This document shows, in pieces, positions 58,657 to 64,000 of a stretch of 64,000 bases of DNA. Position numbers and translations under genes: made by a program. The number at the start of each line of letters is the position of its first letter. The first letter of the stretch is position 1. Below the pieces are notes generated by a model. It worked only from the letters and a program-made list of their open reading frames with translations, did not search any database and had not been told where the DNA came from. This stretch comes from Macrostomum lignano (taxonomy: Eukaryota). Location: positions 248,001 to 312,000 of the forward strand of contig NIVC01001098.1 of assembly GCA_002269645.1 (NCBI GenBank), given 5' to 3'.

Positions 58657-60041
58657 ATGATCTCTAAGGCTTGTCTCATCTTCCTGCTCATCGCGCTGTC
58701 CGTAGCCAGAGGCTCAGCCATCGGCAGCAAGGTTGCATTCCACCGGGCGGCCCGGTGCCCATCTGGCAACTCCAGCCTCGCTAAGCTGAGACGCCTCGCA
58801 GGCGTTCGAGACCCTCGGGCCTGCTTTGTTGAGTGCGCCTCCGCCATCAGCTGCTCCGTGCTGCACAGGGCTTTGGACCAGGACTCCGCGTGCTACTTCG
58901 GTACCGCTGAGCAGCTAAACCGCTGAGCAGCCTCGCTCTGTTTGTGGAGTCTGCGGCACCTGGGTGCGTCAGCCACGTCAGGATCTCAAACTGGACTGCC
59001 GGAGACCAAGGAACCACACCAGCTTCTGGGGTGTCCGTGAAAAAACTGCCAACTACAATTGCCACCCAAATAACTACTTCTCCGACCACAACCACTCCGA
59101 CAACAGCCACTCCGACCACAACCACTCCGACAACAGCCACTCCGACCACAACCACTCCGACAACAGCCACTCCGACCAAAACAACTCCGATAGCCACTCC
59201 GACAACAAACACTCCGACAGCCACTCCGACAACCACTCCGACAACCACTCCGGCAGCAACCACTCCGACCACAACCACTCCGACCACAACCACTCCGACC
59301 ACAACCACTCCGACTACAATCACTCCGACCACAACCACTCCGACCACAACCACTCCGACCACAACCACTCCGACCACAACCACTCCGACCACAACCACTC
59401 CGACTACAACCACTCCGACCACAACCACTCCGACCACAACCACTCCGACCACAACCACTCCGACCACAACCACTCCGACCACAACCACTCCGACCACAAC
59501 CACTCCGACCACAACCACTCCGACCACAACCACTCCGACCAAAACCACTCCGACAACAGCCACTCCGACCACAACCACTCCGACAACAGCCACTCCGACC
59601 ACAACCACTCCGACAACAGCCACTCCGACCAAAACCACTCCGACCACAACCACTCCGACTACAACCACTCTGACAACAACCACTCCGACCACAACCACTC
59701 CGACAACAGCCACTCCGACCAAAACCACTCCGACCACAACCACTCCGACTACAATCACTCCAACTACAACCACTCTGACAACAACCACTCCAACCTCAAC
59801 TTCTCCGACCACAACCACTCCGACCACAACCACTCCGACCACAACCACTCCGACTACAATCACTCCAACTACAACCACTCTGACAACAACCACTCCGACC
59901 ACAACCACTCCGACCACAACCACTCCGACCACAACCACTCCGACTACAATCACTCCGACCACAACCACTCCGACCACAACCACTCCGACCACAACCACTC
60001 CGACAACAGCCGTGGAGAATGATCGTCGTCGTCGGAGGTAG
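58657..60041 (+). CDS. Secreted PAN/apple-like domain plus Thr/Pro mucin stalk; frameshift near 58918
   Basis: Signal peptide MISKACLIFLLIALSVARGS, Cys pattern C...CFVEC...SC...CYFG, stop at 58924-26. Adding one base near 58918-20 joins the ORF ending in ~60 TTPTT units. Either a sequencing error or a pseudogene. Confidence 0.55.
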
Positions 60042-60549
60042 ATAAATTGATAGATAGATGCCTACGGCTCTCATGGTTTATATATAAACACGAGTGGTGC
60101 CCTAAAAGGATGTTAAATATCATATTAACGAATTTCCGGGAAAGCGTTGAGTATAACCTAATAAAATGCCTAAGATGGAAATTGATGTCTTAAAAAATAT
60201 TTATATCTGTCGTGTTTGTAAATTTACTTGTCAAATTTGTCTTATTATTTCTTCAATTTTTACTCCTTTAACATGGTTAACGCACAAATCTGTGAAGTGA
60301 CAAATATAGTTATATATACGATGCTATCTGGGACAAACACTGATTCGCAAGTCGCTGTTTCGGTTTTATGAATCATGTGGAGCCGGAAATGGAGCTACAT
60401 GGAGTGACATGAAGTGGAGCAGAGCCTAGTTGAACAAGACTGCAGACACCAGGTACTACCAAAACTACCAATTCCGTTACGAATATCCTCAGAATGAAGC
60501 TGAGGATAATCAATCTGGGAGAAATTCTTAGAAATGCTAACCGCAACTC

Positions 60550-61390
60550 TGACATGGCATGGTGCGACGCCAGCAGCAGAGCAATCGGTGCATCCCCAGA
60601 AGTAAATGTGGTGTCATCGCTGAAGACGCCTCGTGGCTACGTAAGCCAGACGACATAAACTTGGCTGAACTCAAAGCGATCATCAAGGGGCTCAACCTAG
60701 CAATCGCCTGGCGCACGAAGAGAGGGGAAATCATGACTGACTCGGCGACCGTGTACGGCTGGATCCGATCGTTGATCGCCAGCGAGAAACCCATCAGAGT
60801 CAAGGGTCTGGGTGAATCTCTGGCAAGAAGACGGCTGGCACTGATCCGCGCGACACGGCAGGGGTGAGGCTTGGAATTAGACGTCGCCAGAGGTGTCCTC
60901 GCTAAATAAGGCCGACGCACTCACGCGGGTACCACAGCAGTGGTTGCGCCAGGGGCCTCAGTGTGCGATCGCGCTGCTCCCTATCGACGAAGACATCAAG
61001 AAATGCCATGAGAAACACTGTACTATGGATACACTGTGGATAAGACACTGTACTTTGCCAGACTAAGCTTCCCGGACCGCCAAGTACAGCGTCAGGATGT
61101 GGAGCGGGTGGTTGACAGCTGCGGCCGCTGCAAGTCGGTCGATCGACCCTGCTGCAGTTAGCTGGGATCACAGCGATCTTGAAGTTGAATCAAACTGGTG
61201 GCGTATAGCCTGCGACGTGACGCACTACTGCTCTTACAAGTGTTCCGGGAGCGAGGTCCTCCATGGCAGTCGCTACTCGACAACTCGCCGACGTCTCGCT
61301 CGGTTGAGGTAGCCAGCATGTGCAACGCATGGGGAGTGCAAGCCATCTTCCGATGCGCTCACCGCCTGTCCGGTAACGGAATCGTGAAGC
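60550..61390 (+). mobile_element. Degraded Ty3/Gypsy-type pol fragment (RNase H plus integrase)
   Basis: WCDASS, EDASWLRK..DINLAELKAIIKGLNLA..W, TDSATV, NKADALTRVP; integrase Zn region VDKTLYFARL...VVDSCGRCKS.DPA; WRIACDVTHY; GPP..LLDN...C..WGV..IFRCAHRLSGNGIV. Frameshifted with internal deletions. Confidence 0.82.
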
Positions 61391-61945
61391 CAATCCTGAA
61401 GCTAACCCTGAAGCCAATCCTGAAACTAATCCTGAAACCAATCCTGAAACCAGTCCTGAAGCCAGTCCTGAAGCCAATCCTGAAACCAGTCCTGAAGCCA
61501 GTCCTAAAGCCAATCCTGAAACCAATCCTGAAGCCAATCACAGCAGGCTTGTGCAATGACGTCAGACTCGGTTGCTTGGCAGCGCGGTTTGAAGGACGGG
61601 TCAATGGTCACGTCTAATTGGACTGGCCCAGCATCCGCCCTTACTGGCCCAGCATCCGCCCTTACTGGCCCAGCATCCGCCCTTACTGGCCCAGCATCCG
61701 CCCTTACTGGCCCAGCATCCGCCCTTACTGGCCCAGCATCCACCCTTACTGGCCCAGCATCCACCTGTACTCTGTCCTAGCATCCGCCCCCACCCTGTCC
61801 CAGCATCCGCCCCACCCTGTCCCAGCAACCGCCCCCACCGTGTCCCAGCATCCGCCCCACCCTGTCCCAGCAACCGCCCCACCCTGTCCCAGCAACCGCC
61901 CCCATCCTGTCCCAGCAACCGCCCCCATCCTGTCCCAGCAACCGC
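61388..61945. repeat. Three adjacent minisatellite blocks
   Basis: 12-bp ctgaagccaatc (~61388-61540), 21-bp actggcccagcatccgccctt (~61620-61765), ccaccctgtcccagca(t/a)ccgcc (~61785-61945). Confidence 0.93.
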
Positions 61946-62465
61946 CTTTCTGTCCTCGGGTATTCAGATTTGGTAACCAATTCACAAATTGATAAAAAAT
62001 GTGTCAAACAAATGTTGCGGTTATGATAAGTGTTATGGCAATGCAGTGAAGAGTTTAGCATACACTGTATATGTATTATTATTCATCGATAGCACATCTG
62101 TACAAATCTTTCAGAGAATAAAATGAGAGCAAAACAATATGTTATCAGCTATATATTACTGAGGAAGTCAGTAGCACTAACAGAGTGTAATCACTATAGA
62201 GAACGATTGTTAAAACCGCAAATATTACTACTAACCAGTGAGTAGGTAGTGCAGTGCGTAAAACTCAAAGCGATGCACTGGAGGGCAGCGGGAGAGTCGG
62301 CAGCTGCAGGACGGAGGAGCGGCCCGGGGCAGCGCATGGCGCAAGAAGACACGGGGAGCCACAGGCAGGCAGGCAAGAAGGAACGGAGCGCTCAGCGCAA
62401 CACTTGTGTACAGAAACTTGAAGAGAAATCTGGCAGATGGAGGCTGAGGGCAGGCGGAGAGGCCG

Positions 62466-63602
62466 TCAGGAGCTGCAGGCCAGCCGCAGGAGTTTCTCGC
62501 AGTCCGCGTGGCCCGCCGCCCTGGCGCAGTCGCTTGCCGTGCGGCCGCGCCGGTCTCTGGCGCCGGGGCTCGCGCCGCGCCACAGTAGCAGCTGGAGGTG
62601 AGCGCGGCTGCCCGCGGCAGCGCAGGCGTGCAGCGGCGGCAGGCGGCTGGGGTCGGCGGGGACGGCGTCCAGGTCGGCGGGGCTGGCGCGGGCCAGCGCG
62701 GCCAGCAGTCGGCGGGTGTCGCCGGAGGCAGCGGCGTCGGCGAGGTCGGAAGGCCGCGCGGCCTCGGGCAGGAAGTCGCCGCGCTCGTATTTGGCGCGGG
62801 CGAAGGCCTCCCACTCGGCGCTGTCCGCGCCTGGAGACGGCCGAGCGCCCGGCGGCAGGCGTGCCTCCCAGACACCGTTGCCAAGCGCGTTGCCAACGAC
62901 GCTGAGCGGCAAGGCGTGGCCGGTTGTCCAGGAGTCCAGGTGCAGCGAGCGGACGCGGCTCAGGTGGGTGCCGAGCTGGCGGTGGGCGCCGCTGCAGCGC
63001 AGGCAGATGAGGAGGCCGAGGCTGACGCTGGCCCAGTCTGGCTGCGGGGCGCCGCAGTCCGCGCAGCGCTCGTTGCCTGGCAACCGGCGGGCCGCGTCCA
63101 GCAGGGCGGCAGCGTCGTTTCCATCAACGTCGCCGTCGCGGCCAGCGCGCAGGCGGCCGAGGGTGGCGGCGCGCAGGGCGGTCACCCAGGCGTCGCGGAC
63201 GTCGCGGTTGGGCGCCTCGAACTGGCGGACCCGGCCGTCCAAGGTCACAAGTTCGAATCCGGCGGCCTCGCTGCCGGAGCCGCCGGACTTTCCGCGCTTG
63301 TGGTGGTGGTGCGGGTGTTCCTGCAGGCGGACGGTGGCCTGGCCGAGGTCCACGCAGCGGCCACGGCCGTTTTCCATGTACTCGTGGAGGCTGGCGTAGT
63401 AGGTGAGGCGGCCGTCCTCGCCCAGGGTGACGAACTTGCGGCGCCACTCGGAGGAGATGCCGCCAGTGCAGCGCTTGGCCAGCACGCCCTGCTTGACGGG
63501 GATGGCGCGGCCGGGACCCACCGACACCGCCGGGGCTGCATCGGGTGACGACCCGAACAGGTGGGAGCGGCGCTGCGGCTGCGACTGAGGCGCGGCTGAC
63601 TC
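62466..63602 (-). CDS. Terminal exon of an AGAP/centaurin-gamma Arf GAP (PH, ArfGAP, ankyrin); 5' part lies outside the window
   Basis: Acceptor cctcctcag at 63603-04, then RRSHLF...GPGRAIPVKQG.L.KR...EWRRKFVTL..DG.LTYY.SLHEYM (AGAP PH signature), CADCGAPQPDWASVSLGLLICLRCSGAHRQLGTHLSRVRSL, ankyrin-like PLHACAAAG..HLQLLLWRGA. Confidence 0.9.
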   Translation of the reverse strand, partial: ESAAPQSQPQRRSHLFGSSPDAAPAVSVGPGRAIPVKQGVLAKRCTGGISSEWRRKFVTLGEDGRLTYYASLHEYMENGRGRCVDLGQATVRLQEHPHHHHKRGKSGGSGSEAAGFELVTLDGRVRQFEAPNRDVRDAWVTALRAATLGRLRAGRDGDVDGNDAAALLDAARRLPGNERCADCGAPQPDWASVSLGLLICLRCSGAHRQLGTHLSRVRSLHLDSWTTGHALPLSVVGNALGNGVWEARLPPGARPSPGADSAEWEAFARAKYERGDFLPEAARPSDLADAAASGDTRRLLAALARASPADLDAVPADPSRLPPLHACAAAGSRAHLQLLLWRGASPGARDRRGRTASDCARAAGHADCEKLLRLACSS

Positions 63603-63639
63603 CTGAGGAGGCGGGGTGCGGCGGCTGGTTAGACGGGTG

Positions 63640-64000
63640 CTGATTAGAGATGATTAGAGATGATTAGAGACGATTAGATATGATTAGAGATGATTGGAGA
63701 TGATTAGAGGCGATTAGAGCTGCTTAGAGATGATCCGAGCTGGTTGACAGATTAGACTGGGGAGCAGGGTGGAGACAAGACAGACAAGAGACAGGGAGTG
63801 GGACAGACAAGAGACAGGGAGTGGGACAGACAAGAGACAGGGAATGGGACAGACAAGAGACAGGTGGTGGGACAGACAAGAGACAGGGAATGGGACAGAC
63901 AAGAGACAGGGAATGGGACAGACAAGAGACAGGGAGTGGGACAGACAAGAGACAGGGAGTGGGACAGACAAGAGACAGGGGGTGGGACAGACAAGAAACA
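63640..64000. repeat. 10-bp and 23-bp minisatellites in the AGAP intron
   Basis: gattagagat (~63640-63735); gggacagacaagagacagggagt (~63770-64000). Confidence 0.93.

Noticed and set aside
58847-59998. 383-aa Val/Gly ORF on the minus strand
   Set aside because: Antisense shadow of the TTPTT repeat.
62231-63548. Several overlapping Arg/Ala/Gly-rich ORFs
   Set aside because: Alternative-frame and antisense shadows of the GC-rich AGAP exon.

Overview
Eukaryotic, gene-dense animal DNA with GC-rich exons and introns and intergenic spacers filled with locus-specific minisatellites. This architecture is what I know from the flatworm Macrostomum lignano, but the species call is inference. I could build phase-consistent spliced models by hand for: PSMG1, PDCD6/ALG-2, PPIL2, PTPA, TMEM177, a NAT8-like GNAT acetyltransferase, an ACP2-like histidine acid phosphatase, a USP16/45-like deubiquitinase and a 14-exon GABA-B-type class C GPCR. 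Also present are the 3' exon of an AGAP/centaurin-gamma gene, an orphan multi-zinc-finger ORF, an 80-aa single-pass membrane ORF and a frameshifted PAN/apple-mucin gene. Mobile DNA includes a Penelope-like RT relic, a TA-flanked MITE, a mariner-type non-autonomous element, an RTE-like scrap, two young copies of a tRNA-derived SINE with TSDs, a CORE/Meta-type SINE, a Gypsy RNaseH-integrase relic and an unclassified 300-bp repeat. Most long ORFs in the supplied track are read-throughs of tandem repeats and are rejected. The most interesting signals are: (i) minisatellites that have captured functional sequence (a splice acceptor plus exon start, a terminal exon with its stop codon, CCAAT and AP-1-like motifs); (ii) splice-acceptor-like sites just before most start codons in a co-oriented gene run, suggesting trans-splicing or an operon; (iii) a multi-hairpin element at 85-197; (iv) an orphan GABA-B-like receptor with no C-terminal coiled coil.
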